Source: Acidimicrobiia bacterium
GTDB taxonomy: Bacteria > Actinomycetota > Acidimicrobiia > Spongiisociales > ZC4RG35
Direction of reading: 5' to 3'
DNA length: 64,000 nucleotides
Assembly: GCA_028284765.1 (NCBI GenBank)
Contig: JANQRA010000002.1
Location: forward strand, 179,832-243,831
Shown here: one piece after another, positions 18,603-27,354 of the stretch
How positions within the stretch are numbered: position 1 is the first letter of the stretch
Layout: each line of letters starts with the position of its first letter
Position numbers and translations under genes: made by a program
The notes under the pieces: model-generated
Databases searched by the model: none
What the model was told of the DNA's origin: nothing
Seen by the model: only the letters and a program-made list of their open reading frames with translations

Positions 18603-19573
18603 CGCACGTCCAAACCTGTGAGACCCAAGAAAACGTTCTCCAATGAGGATTTCTCCGGACTCACCTGCGATGGGTAGATGCCGGCTTCTGCCAGCGACCG
18701 GGTTATCGACTCACCGTCTTCGCTATCAATGAGAAGCCCTTCCCCGTCTCGCTCGAACTCGAAACCGGCAGCCTTGAGGGCATTTGATGCGGCATCGAGG
18801 TCACCCGCCTTAACCCGCGTTCCCCCACCCTCGAGCAGATCGGCCAACGGACCTTGGGTTACAAGTTCGCCGTGGTTGACGACAACCACGTAATCGGCCA
18901 AAGCCTCGATATCGCCGAGATCGTGACTCGAGACGACGACTGTCTTGCCCGAGTTCGCGAGGTCGCGGAGTCTCGCCCTGAAGGCATGCTGTCCGGCGGG
19001 GTCAAGCCCGTCCAGAGGTTCATCCAGAATGAGGAGCTGCGGATCCCCAAGAAGGGCAGCGGCTAAGGCCAAACGCTGCCTCATGCCCTTCGAATAGTCA
19101 TCGGCTTTGCGGTGTGCGTCCGCGGTGAGACCGACGAACTCCAGCATCTCGTCGATACGGTCGTGGCCAAAACCAAGAGTGTCCGCCGCGACCAGGAGGT
19201 TGAGCCTTCCGTTGAGCGACTTGATCAGGCCGGGTTCCTCAACGATGACACCGATCTGCTTTACGACTTCGGGCAACCCCTTTGGGATTTGGCGCCCGAG
19301 GATCTCGATGTCGCCAGCATCCGGGTTGGTCAGACCGAGAATCGCTCGAAAGCTCGTGGTCTTTCCGGCACCGTTGGGACCCAAGAAGCCGGTTAGCTGC
19401 CCGGAAGGGATCTCAAAATCCAAACCCCGCAAGGCTTCAGTTTTGCCGTAGGTCTTGACCAGACCCGAGACAACAATCGCTTTTGAGCCGTCAGCCATTG
19501 AGTTCAGCCTAGAAACAGAAATCGCGGAGACGCCAATTCTCAGCCCGGCGTCCAATGGACTTCGACGCCCCAC
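18599..19573 (-). CDS. ABC transporter ATP-binding protein
   Basis: Walker A GPNGAGKTT, ABC signature LSGGQ-like and Walker B ILDEP. Confidence 0.85.
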   Translation of the reverse strand: MGRRSPLDAGLRIGVSAISVSRLNSMADGSKAIVVSGLVKTYGKTEALRGLDFEIPSGQLTGFLGPNGAGKTTSFRAILGLTNPDAGDIEILGRQIPKGLPEVVKQIGVIVEEPGLIKSLNGRLNLLVAADTLGFGHDRIDEMLEFVGLTADAHRKADDYSKGMRQRLALAAALLGDPQLLILDEPLDGLDPAGQHAFRARLRDLANSGKTVVVSSHDLGDIEALADYVVVVNHGELVTQGPLADLLEGGGTRVKAGDLDAASNALKAAGFEFERDGEGLLIDSEDGESITRSLAEAGIYPSQVSPEKSSLENVFLGLTGLDVR

Positions 19574-19842
19574 CCCCGGAGACCGATGCCAACGAAGTCA
19601 ACGCGCGAGCCACCAGCCAGCGATCGAACATGCTGTCTCTTCTGGATGTCCACCGCATCGAGTGGGTCACCGGGACCCGAGATGGTCCTGACTTCCACCA
19701 ATACGCGACGTCCTGCGTCCGCAGCAACAATGTCGACCTCGGAGCGTCCAAGCTGACGGTTGCGATCGAGGATCTCCAAACCCTTGCCCTGAAGCCAATT
19801 GGCGGCAAACGCCTCACCCCATCGGCCAAGGTCTGATTTCAG
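19540..19842 (-). CDS. yraN: YraN-family (UPF0102) predicted endonuclease; start uncertain
   Basis: …GRWGEAFAANWLQGKGLEILDRNRQLGRSEVDIVAAD…VLVEVRT… is the YraN signature. The track ORF (to 19941) overlaps the DUF2469 gene, so the true start is likely internal. Confidence 0.6.
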   Translation of the reverse strand: MKSDLGRWGEAFAANWLQGKGLEILDRNRQLGRSEVDIVAADAGRRVLVEVRTISGPGDPLDAVDIQKRQHVRSLAGGSRVDFVGIGLRGWGVEVHWTPG

Positions 19843-20135
19843 AGAGAAAGCTCCGTTTGCTCGACCTTTTCGACGTTCACGTCGCGGAAGGTCAAAACCT
19901 GGACCCTCTCGAGGAATCTCGCTGGGCGGAACATGTCCCAAACCCAGGCGTCGCGCATGGAGACTTCGAAGTAGATCGCACCGTTTGCCTCTTTGACTGC
20001 CACGTCCACGTGATTGGCGAGATAGAAGCGTCTCTCGGTCTCAACAACGAATTCGAACATCGGGAGCACATCTCGATACTCCTTGTAGAGCTTCAGCTCC
20101 ACTTCTGTTTCGTAGCGCTCCAGATCTCCGTCCAT
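19839..20135 (-). CDS. DUF2469-family conserved actinobacterial protein
   Basis: 98 aa, MDGDLERYETEVELKLYKEYRDVLPMFEFVVETERRFYLANHVDV… is typical of the family. Conserved position between lepB and yraN. Confidence 0.7.
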   Translation of the reverse strand: MDGDLERYETEVELKLYKEYRDVLPMFEFVVETERRFYLANHVDVAVKEANGAIYFEVSMRDAWVWDMFRPARFLERVQVLTFRDVNVEKVEQTELSL

Positions 20136-20225
20136 GCTCTCCTCGATCTCCGTGCCCGATGTAGGCCCAAGCCCGGCGATGTTATTGCCCGCCCTGAACT
20201 AACTACCGCTCAGCGGGGACGTTTT

Positions 20226-20783
20226 CTAGAGACCGCCGAAATTCTCAAACGGCCAAATGATCACGAAGGCCCGCCCCACCAGATCGTCATAGTCAATGGC
20301 ACCGAACCTGCGGCTGTCGAAACTGAACTGACGGTTGTCACCCATCACGAAGACTTCATCGTCATCTACGACGAATGGGCCGGCGTCAGGCATGACAACT
20401 TCGTCCGCGAGGTAGGGCTCTGCGATCGCCACGCCGTCGATCAAGACTCGATTGCCCTCCACCGTGACAGTTTCGCCAGGTAGGCCAATCACTCGTTTGA
20501 TCAGATCGTCACTTCCCCTGGTGCGAATCCCAACTGCCTCCAGAACCGAGCGGACCACCGCTTCCGGAATCGACTCGTCAATCTCAGGATTGGCCGGGTC
20601 ACGGAAGACCACTATGTCGCCGCGCTGTGGTTCGCCGAACTGATAGCTGAGCTTGTTGACCATCACTCGGTCGTTGACCTGGATTGTCTCGAGCATCGAC
20701 TCGGACGGAATCCAGAAGGGTTGGACCAGGAATGTCTTGATGAGAACCGCGATGACCAAAGCCGTGAGCAGCAGCCCAGGCAA
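20226..20783 (-). CDS. lepB: Signal peptidase I
   Basis: N-terminal TM segment followed by the catalytic Ser box, IPSESMLETI. Follows rplS. Confidence 0.88.
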   Translation of the reverse strand: MPGLLLTALVIAVLIKTFLVQPFWIPSESMLETIQVNDRVMVNKLSYQFGEPQRGDIVVFRDPANPEIDESIPEAVVRSVLEAVGIRTRGSDDLIKRVIGLPGETVTVEGNRVLIDGVAIAEPYLADEVVMPDAGPFVVDDDEVFVMGDNRQFSFDSRRFGAIDYDDLVGRAFVIIWPFENFGGL

Positions 20784-20905
20784 CTCGGCCCAAAAGGACC
20801 TCTTCTTGCGGCGGCGACCCTTGCGGCCCGTGGATTCTGCTTCCAGGCGCGTCGGGTCTACTGGAAGGCTCTCGCCTTCAGATTGTTGGCCGTCTTGGAC
20901 CTGAC

Positions 20906-21250
20906 TCAGTCGCGGAGCTCCTTGATGCGGGCGGCCTTGCCAACCCGATCACGGAGGTAGTAGAGCTTGGACCGGCGAACGTCACCACGTCGAGCGACTT
21001 CGATCTTCGAGATGATCGGAGCGTGCACCGGGAAGACGCGCTCGACGCCCACTCCGAAGCTCATCTTTCGCACGGTGAATGACGCCCTCGGGCCAGACCC
21101 ATTGCGGGCGATGACCACTCCTTCGAACACCTGAATGCGCTCGCGGCCACCTTCGACCACGCGGACGTGGACTTTGACGGTATCTCCCGCTCGGAACTCG
21201 GGAATGTCGTCGCGCACATGCGCGCTTTCTATGGCTTGAAGATCATTCAT
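20906..21250 (-). CDS. rplS: 50S ribosomal protein L19
   Basis: 114 aa, [34 protein letters not shown]…. Confidence 0.95.
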   Translation of the reverse strand: MNDLQAIESAHVRDDIPEFRAGDTVKVHVRVVEGGRERIQVFEGVVIARNGSGPRASFTVRKMSFGVGVERVFPVHAPIISKIEVARRGDVRRSKLYYLRDRVGKAARIKELRD

Positions 21251-21309
21251 GGAGAACTCCTAAAGACGTGCCGGGCCCGATACATGGGCGAGCGGTGCAC
21301 AGGATTGTA

Positions 21310-21993
21310 TCAGCTATCCGAATCCGTGCCATTCGACAGCAAATCCGGGCGACGGCTCTTCGTGCGGTCCAGTCGCTGCTGGTGGCGCCACTCTTCGATA
21401 CGCCCATGGTCCCCGCTCAGAAGCACCTCGGGAACATCCCCATCCGGATGTTTGGCTGGTCTCGTGTAGACCGGTTCTTCGAGCAGACCGTCGCGGAAAG
21501 ACTCACGCTCGGTCGACTCCGGGTTCCCGACAACTCCCGGTAGGAGTCTGGCCACGCCCTCGATTGCGGCAGCCGCCGCGACCTCTCCACCGGCCAACAC
21601 ATAGTCACCGAGGCTGATCTCCTGGTCGATGTGTCGGTCGATGACTCTCTGGTCGACGCCCTCAAACCTCCCACACACCAACGTCAGGTCAGACAAAGCT
21701 GCCCAGCGGTCCAATGTGCCTTGTGTCATCGGCTCGCCTGACGGCGTGAACAGCACCCGATGGGTCTCCGCAAGCGGTCTCAGCGCTTCGGCAAGCGGCT
21801 CAACCATCATCACCATCCCTGGACCACCCCCGAAGGGACTGTCGTCAAGCTGCTTGTGCTTGCCAATGCCATGTTGTCGCAGGTCGATCAGACTGACTTC
21901 CAACGCACCGTCGGCGATTGCGCGACCGACAATGGAGGTCTGCAGGGGCCCGTCGAAGAACGACGGGAACATGGAGACAACGTTGATCCTCAC
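21310..21993 (-). CDS. trmD: tRNA (guanine37-N1)-methyltransferase
   Basis: VRINVVSMFPSFFDGPLQTSIVGRA…SPFGGGPGMVMM… The start is probably the GTG near 21993. The longer track ORF extension translates the palindromic repeat. Confidence 0.88.
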   Translation of the reverse strand: MRINVVSMFPSFFDGPLQTSIVGRAIADGALEVSLIDLRQHGIGKHKQLDDSPFGGGPGMVMMVEPLAEALRPLAETHRVLFTPSGEPMTQGTLDRWAALSDLTLVCGRFEGVDQRVIDRHIDQEISLGDYVLAGGEVAAAAAIEGVARLLPGVVGNPESTERESFRDGLLEEPVYTRPAKHPDGDVPEVLLSGDHGRIEEWRHQQRLDRTKSRRPDLLSNGTDSDS

Positions 21994-22017
21994 CTCGGGG
22001 AGGTTAGGAAGAAATGC

Positions 22018-22066
22018 GAACCCAGGGTTCGTACCTTCGTATAGCGAAGTCAGGAACCCTGGGTTC
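22018..22066 (-). terminator. 49-nt structured palindromic element, copy 1: GAACCCAGGGTTC-N23-GAACCCTGGGTTC. Lies 12 nt downstream of the thiolase stop and upstream of trmD.
   Basis: Two 13-bp palindromic arms that are also mutual inverted repeats. The 23-nt spacer contains an inner 5-bp stem (CTTCG…CGAAG). About 80% identical to copy 2 at 33841-33889, in the same orientation relative to transcription. Confidence 0.55.
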
Positions 22067-22078
22067 ACTGACTAGTGG

Positions 22079-23245
22079 TCAGTTGAGACGTTCGACGATC
22101 ATGGCCATGCCCTGACCGCCGCCAACGCACATGGTTTCCAACCCATACGTCTTGTCGAGAGTCCGCAGGTCATTGAGCAGGGTTCCCATGATGCGGGCTC
22201 CGGTCATCCCGAACGGGTGACCGAGCGCAATCGACCCTCCATGAGGGTTGAGCTTGTCCATATCGATACCGAGCTCGTCAACACAGGCCAACACCTGAGC
22301 CGCAAAAGCCTCGTTGAGCTCGATCACGTCGATGTCGCTCAACGACATGCCGGCCGTGTCGAGCACCTTGTTCACTGCCCCAACCGGGCCCATACCCATG
22401 AACTCAGGTTCGAGTCCCACGACCGAAGAAGCCACGATCCGGGCAAGCGGCTCCAGACCAAGTTCGTCAGCACGCTCCGCCGACATCACCAGAACAGCTG
22501 CAGCACCATCGTTCAGTGGACATGAGTTGCCGGCCGTAACGGTTCCTTCTGGGTCAAAAGCCGGTGGCAGAGTCGCCAGCTTCTCCAGTGTTGTGTTCGG
22601 TCGCGGACCGTCGTCGTCCTGGATGGTCCGGCCGTCCGGTACCTCGATGGGGGTTATCTCCCAGTCAAAGAATCCGTCCTTCTGTGCTTCTACCGCCCGA
22701 TCTTGGGAACGTTTGCCGAACTCGTCCTGTCGCTCTCTCGTGATTCCGTACTTCTTGGCGACATTTTCGGCTGTGTTCCCCATCGGGATGTAGACGTTGT
22801 TGATGAAGTCGTCATGTGTCGGATCGGTGAACCGGGGATTGAGGTCGTCCATGTCGAATCCCTTTCCGTAGGTGCGACTAACGGCCTCGGCACCTGCGGC
22901 GATGTACGTGTCACCTTCTCCTTGCTTGATTGCATGGAAAGCCATCCGAATGGTCTGCAGTGACGATGCGCAGTAGCGATTGACGGTCGTCGCCGGGACC
23001 GAGTCGGGCATTCCACCAAGCAGAGCAGCAGGCCTGGCCATGTTGAAACTGTGCTCATGATGAGTCAGGCCGCAGCCGACCATCACGTCGCTGACGGAGT
23101 CTCTGGGAACGTCAGGAACCTTCTCCATGAGCGCGTTGATCGCAAAGCCAGCGAGATCGTCACCCCTCACTTCGATCAGTGACCCTTTGAATGCACGACC
23201 GATCGGCGAACGCGCCGTAGCGACTATTACAGCTTCAGACATCAT
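22079..23245 (-). CDS. Acetyl-CoA C-acyltransferase (thiolase)
   Basis: 388 aa. Catalytic Cys region …VNRYCASSLQTI… and a C-terminal …NEAFAAQVL…GGSIALGHPFGMTGARI…CVGGGQG. Confidence 0.9.
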   Translation of the reverse strand: MMSEAVIVATARSPIGRAFKGSLIEVRGDDLAGFAINALMEKVPDVPRDSVSDVMVGCGLTHHEHSFNMARPAALLGGMPDSVPATTVNRYCASSLQTIRMAFHAIKQGEGDTYIAAGAEAVSRTYGKGFDMDDLNPRFTDPTHDDFINNVYIPMGNTAENVAKKYGITRERQDEFGKRSQDRAVEAQKDGFFDWEITPIEVPDGRTIQDDDGPRPNTTLEKLATLPPAFDPEGTVTAGNSCPLNDGAAAVLVMSAERADELGLEPLARIVASSVVGLEPEFMGMGPVGAVNKVLDTAGMSLSDIDVIELNEAFAAQVLACVDELGIDMDKLNPHGGSIALGHPFGMTGARIMGTLLNDLRTLDKTYGLETMCVGGGQGMAMIVERLN

Positions 23246-23299
23246 CCCTCAGTTCTTGAATTGACGCTCAAACTTAGCCTTGCCAATAGCCTTTGGAAT

Positions 23300-24139
23300 A
23301 TGAAGAGACTCCTCTGGGTACTGGCCGTTGTCCTTGCGGCCTGCTCTGGAGTCGAGGGATCGCCCACCACTTCAGCTGGAGAAGCGACGACTTCGTCCGT
23401 GTCACAGGTCTCAACCCTCCCGCCGGTGGTGGAATGTCCGGGAAGTGGTGACTTCGCCGAAGGAACGGGGATAGCCGAGTTCGACCAGCCAATCACTGAC
23501 ACCAGCGACCTCGCCAGGATCTCTTGGGCTGTCAACGATCAGTGTGAGACGTTCACTTTCGAATTCCGCACCGATGAAGGTGCGCCCGCGACGGCGGTGC
23601 CTGCGATCCAGGTAGAACATCTCGAGAGCTTCCAGGTGATTCGTATCCGAATGGCCATCGACCAGGTCACAGTCAGTCAGCAGAGAATCGAAACACCTCT
23701 GGTTGACTCCCTCTACGCGGTCAACGCAATCGCCGGAGGCATGTTCGTCGATCTCCATCTCGCACAGCCCGCTGCTGCTCGCGCACGTGTCGAAGAATCC
23801 CCAGGTCGGCTGGTGATCGATCTGCGCCCAGGCCTCGTTGAGTTCAACGGGACGAGCTCCGAAGGGGACGGAGTCGTCGTGGTCTCGCCCACTGACGGGG
23901 CAGAGGTCGAGGCGGTGACTTCGGTCGCGGGATACTTCCTGGCCTTCGACGGCGATCCGACGGTGATTGTTCAAGTTGACGGAGCGACATTGAGCACGGA
24001 GGTTGCCGATCGGGTGCAATCGATCGGCTGGACGGAGTTTCGACACACCACGACCTTGCCGGCGGGCTCGGTGACAATCCTGGTCGGTGATTCGCTCGGC
24101 ACACCCGACCTTCTCACTCTCAATCTGACGGTTGGTTGA
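23300..24139 (+). CDS. Lipoprotein of unknown function (signal peptide + lipobox)
   Basis: MKRLLWVLAVVLAACSG… with LAAC as the lipobox. No recognisable domain. Start taken at the internal Met. Confidence 0.55.
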   Translation: MKRLLWVLAVVLAACSGVEGSPTTSAGEATTSSVSQVSTLPPVVECPGSGDFAEGTGIAEFDQPITDTSDLARISWAVNDQCETFTFEFRTDEGAPATAVPAIQVEHLESFQVIRIRMAIDQVTVSQQRIETPLVDSLYAVNAIAGGMFVDLHLAQPAAARARVEESPGRLVIDLRPGLVEFNGTSSEGDGVVVVSPTDGAEVEAVTSVAGYFLAFDGDPTVIVQVDGATLSTEVADRVQSIGWTEFRHTTTLPAGSVTILVGDSLGTPDLLTLNLTVG

Positions 24140-24593
24140 GCCCTTCGATTTCAAGGACCTCGATGTATCCCCCTTCGATGTCTACAACGGGGACCAGTTC
24201 CTTGACGAACGGGACTTCGAATCGGATGTCGCCCCTCTCGATCTCAAGACGGTCTTGACCGGCGCCATGATGGACAGCGACGACCTTTCCCCCACCTGGC
24301 CTCACCTCTAGACCAGCCAGGTCGCCAGGCCAGAACTCGTTGTCAGCCAGATCCCGACGCTCCGAAGCGAATACCTCATTCCCCCGGATGGCTTCTGCCT
24401 GCTCGCGGCTGGTCACCTCGGCGAATGCGACCTGTGGGCCCTTCTTTCCGCGGCGAACCGCCCGCACTGTGTACGGACGGTCCTCGATGTGAACGGTTGA
24501 ATTGTCTTCGAAATAGACGAGATCCTCAGGCTCCACGTAGAGGCCGAGGAAGCCTTCCAGGCCATTGGGCTTGCCGAGTCTTGCTACGCGGAC
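24120..24593 (-). CDS. rimM: Ribosome maturation factor RimM
   Basis: …VRVARLGKPNGLEGFLGLYVEPEDL… The PRC-barrel C-terminus and the rpsP-KH-rimM-trmD order. Start likely near 24593 to avoid overlapping the KH gene. Confidence 0.85.
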   Translation of the reverse strand, partial: VRVARLGKPNGLEGFLGLYVEPEDLVYFEDNSTVHIEDRPYTVRAVRRGKKGPQVAFAEVTSREQAEAIRGNEVFASERRDLADNEFWPGDLAGLEVRPGGGKVVAVHHGAGQDRLEIERGDIRFEVPFVKELVPVVDIEGGYIEVLEIEGLNQPSD

Positions 24594-24597
24594 CCGG

Positions 24598-24849
24598 TTA
24601 ATCCAGGAATTCGACTCCAGCGCTAATCCCCTCTTCTTCACCGGCAGCGCCAGCGGCGGCGCGAATCGCCTTTGCCACCCGGCCACGTCGGCCGATCACG
24701 CGACCCATGTCGGGTTTGGCGGTCCGAACCTCGGCCACCATTTCGTCCGGGCCGTTTTCGACCATCGTCACCTCGACCGATTCAGGATCGTCGACGATGC
24801 TCTTGACGACGTATGTGACAACGCGTTCGACAATTTCACCTTTGGCCAA
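24598..24849 (-). CDS. KH-domain RNA-binding protein (YlqC-like)
   Basis: 83 aa, …VGRVIGRRGRVAKAIR… shows the KH motif. Conserved next to rpsP. Confidence 0.85.
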   Translation of the reverse strand: MAKGEIVERVVTYVVKSIVDDPESVEVTMVENGPDEMVAEVRTAKPDMGRVIGRRGRVAKAIRAAAGAAGEEEGISAGVEFLD

Positions 24850-24852
24850 GAT

Positions 24853-25206
24853 CTACTCCTCCTCGGAAGCGGCAGGTTCGTCCGCGGGCTCTTCAGCAGG
24901 CTCCTCGGCGGGGGCCTTTTCCACCCCAACGACATGGATACCACCGGTCTGCACCTTCATGGTGTTCATCGCGCCGGAGATATTGAGCAGCTTCTCAACA
25001 GTCTCGGAGGGCTGGGCACCCTTAGACAACCAGTCAGCAGCGCGTTCATTGTCGATCTCGACCAACGACGGCTCTTCACGGGCGTCATAACGACCGATTT
25101 GTTCGATGTAGCGACCGTCGCGCGGAGCGCGCTGGTCGATGGCGACGACGCGGTAGACGGGCTGCTTCTTCTTGCCCATCCGCATCAGTCTCAGCCTGAC
25201 AGCCAT
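24853..25206 (-). CDS. rpsP: 30S ribosomal protein S16 (with acidic C-terminal tail)
   Basis: MAVRLRLMRMGKKKQPVYRVVAIDQRAPRDGRYIEQIGRYD…. Confidence 0.95.
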   Translation of the reverse strand: MAVRLRLMRMGKKKQPVYRVVAIDQRAPRDGRYIEQIGRYDAREEPSLVEIDNERAADWLSKGAQPSETVEKLLNISGAMNTMKVQTGGIHVVGVEKAPAEEPAEEPADEPAASEEE

Positions 25207-25227
25207 ATTTGATTCACCTCTGGTGTG

Positions 25228-26562
25228 CTATTTCGGTAGACCCCTGCCACCGGTCAAGGCATCGAGTGACGGCATGCCCTTTCCGCTGGAAAGCGTCTTC
25301 ATCATCTTTTGTGCATCTGCGAACTGCTTGAGGACCCGGTTCACGTCTTGGGGCGTGGTGCCCGAACCTGACGCGATCCGACGTTTGCGACTTCCGCGGA
25401 TGATCTTGGGAGTCCGACGCTCTTCGGGCGTCATCGACTGAATAATGGCCTCGACCCGCTTTAGGTCTCGGTCGTCGACTTCGACCTCTTTGAGGAGCGA
25501 CCCGGACCCAGGGAGCATAGCAAGGATGTCTTGGAGAGGCCCCATCGACTTCATGGCCTCGAACTGTTTCAGGAAGTCATCGAGGGTGAATTCACCCTTC
25601 TGCATGCGTTGTGCCGCCTTTTCGGCCTCTTTCTCATCGAACGCCACTTCGGCCTTCTCGATGAGGCTGAGCACGTCACCCATTCCCAGGATGCGACTGG
25701 CCATCCGGTCTGGGTGGAATGGTTCAAGATCGTCGAGTCCTTCACCCACACCGGCAAACTTGACCGGCGCACCGGTGACTTCTCTCACCGATATTGCGGC
25801 CCCGCCTCGAGCGTCACCGTCGAGTTTGGACAGGACGACGCCGGTGATGCCGATCTGGTCCTGAAACCCTTGGGCAACGTTTACTGCGTCCTGTCCGGTC
25901 ATGGCGTCGACAACCAGGAGGACCTCGTCAGGATCGACTGCTTTGCGCACCGCTGCCAGTTCTTTCATCAGTGCATCGTCAATCTGGAGACGACCGGCAG
26001 TGTCGACGATCACCACGTCTCGCCCGGTGCTCGATGCTTCCTTTAGAGCAGACTTGGCCAGCTTGGGGGCCTTTCCCTTCCTGTCGATCACCACCGGGAC
26101 TTCGATTTTGTTGGCAAGGGTCTCGAGCTGATCGATGGCGGCTGGCCGCTGGAGGTCGGCGGCGACCAGGAGAGGCCGCTTTCCCTTCGACTGGAGCTGT
26201 TTGGCGAGCTTGCCGGCGGTTGTGGTCTTACCCGAGCCCTGCAGTCCCACCATGAGAATCTTCAACGGCGGCGACGCCTTGACCAGCCCAAATGACTCCG
26301 TCCCGAGAGTGTTGACCAACTCCTCGTGGACGATCTTGATCACCTGTTGGCCTGGGGTGATCGACTTGGAGACATCCTCGCCCAGAGCACGCTCTTTAAC
26401 TCGGGCCAGGAAAGACCGCACGACCGAGACATTTACATCGGCCTCGAGTAGCGCGAGACGGACCTCCCGGAGGGCACCGTCGATGTCTTTCTCCGAGAGC
26501 TTGCCTTTGCCACGAAGATTGCTGAAGACAGATTCGAATCGCTGAGTCAGCGTGTCAAACAT
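25228..26562 (-). CDS. ffh: Signal recognition particle protein Ffh
   Basis: 444 aa with N, G and M domains: GLQGSGKTTTAGKLA, DTAGR, and a Met-rich M domain. Confidence 0.95.
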   Translation of the reverse strand: MFDTLTQRFESVFSNLRGKGKLSEKDIDGALREVRLALLEADVNVSVVRSFLARVKERALGEDVSKSITPGQQVIKIVHEELVNTLGTESFGLVKASPPLKILMVGLQGSGKTTTAGKLAKQLQSKGKRPLLVAADLQRPAAIDQLETLANKIEVPVVIDRKGKAPKLAKSALKEASSTGRDVVIVDTAGRLQIDDALMKELAAVRKAVDPDEVLLVVDAMTGQDAVNVAQGFQDQIGITGVVLSKLDGDARGGAAISVREVTGAPVKFAGVGEGLDDLEPFHPDRMASRILGMGDVLSLIEKAEVAFDEKEAEKAAQRMQKGEFTLDDFLKQFEAMKSMGPLQDILAMLPGSGSLLKEVEVDDRDLKRVEAIIQSMTPEERRTPKIIRGSRKRRIASGSGTTPQDVNRVLKQFADAQKMMKTLSSGKGMPSLDALTGGRGLPK

Positions 26563-26931
26563 ATGGCCTCTAGGTTATGCCTGATGGCCATGCAAGTAGA
26601 CAGCGTGTTTGTTTGGGTCAACGATCTGGAGACCTCCCTCAACTGGTACGAAACAATCGGATTCACAGCCGGGCCGCGGTACGGCCCCTGGCAATCCATG
26701 GAAGTTGGTGGTGAAGTCGCCTTTGCCCTTCACGAGGGCATTCGAGAGCCCGGGATGTCAACATCGGTGACCGCCTTCCTCGTTGAAGACCTCGAAGGGT
26801 CGATCCAGCGACTGGCCGAGCAGGGAATCCGCCCCTCCGATCAGGAGATCACGGACACAGGTACAGCTCGCTTCATCACATTCGCCGACCCGGACGGGAA
26901 TGAGATCCAGTTACTGGAACGGCCGGAATAG
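26563..26931 (+). CDS. VOC-family (glyoxalase/bleomycin-resistance fold) protein
   Basis: Roughly 115-122 aa with a VOC βαβββ pattern. The true start is probably an internal Met (about 26584), since the track ORF abuts the ffh start. Confidence 0.65.
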   Translation: MASRLCLMAMQVDSVFVWVNDLETSLNWYETIGFTAGPRYGPWQSMEVGGEVAFALHEGIREPGMSTSVTAFLVEDLEGSIQRLAEQGIRPSDQEITDTGTARFITFADPDGNEIQLLERPE

Positions 26932-26940
26932 CGTCGATTT

Positions 26941-27345
26941 GTGCACGAGATAACCGCACAGGAGTTTGAACAGCGACTTGTCGCGCTTTGCGTTGGCAGC
27001 GAGCGGGTCTTTCCGAAGAAGACCATCGACAGGCACGTGATGCTGGCCGCGGCGAGCCGCGACTTCGAGCGCGGAATGATCTACACCGAGCAGGAAGTAA
27101 CCGAAACCATCGAGAAGTGGCTGAGCACTGGATGCCCCTCCCTGCTGATCGACGAGGTCACCGTCCGCCGGGAGTTGATCGACGCCGCCTATCTGATGCG
27201 TGATGATGCCGGACGCTTCTACGCGGTTGGGCCCGGACCAACGGAGGTCTCGTTCAGCGACAGCGTGGCCAAAGTCGACACGCTGGCAATTGTGGAGTCA
27301 GCGATCGTGAAGCGAGCGGCACGGAAGCGAGCCCATGAGACTTAG
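26941..27345 (+). CDS. DUF2087-domain protein
   Basis: 134 aa. …FPKKTIDRHVMLAAASRDFERGMIYTEQEVTETIEKW…RRELIDAAYLMRDDAGRFYAV… matches the DUF2087 pattern from memory. Confidence 0.5.
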   Translation: MHEITAQEFEQRLVALCVGSERVFPKKTIDRHVMLAAASRDFERGMIYTEQEVTETIEKWLSTGCPSLLIDEVTVRRELIDAAYLMRDDAGRFYAVGPGPTEVSFSDSVAKVDTLAIVESAIVKRAARKRAHET

Positions 27346-27354
27346 GGTGGTCAC

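Noticed and set aside
21994-22068. N-terminal extension of trmD (MNPGFLTSLYEGTNPGFAF…) and the reciprocal plus-strand ORF end (…NPGFVPSYSEVRNPGFTD)
   Set aside because: The repeated NPGF peptides are simply translations of the two GAACCCNGGGTTC palindromes. The region is better explained as a non-coding structured repeat, with trmD starting at the conserved VRINVVSMFP (GTG near 21993).
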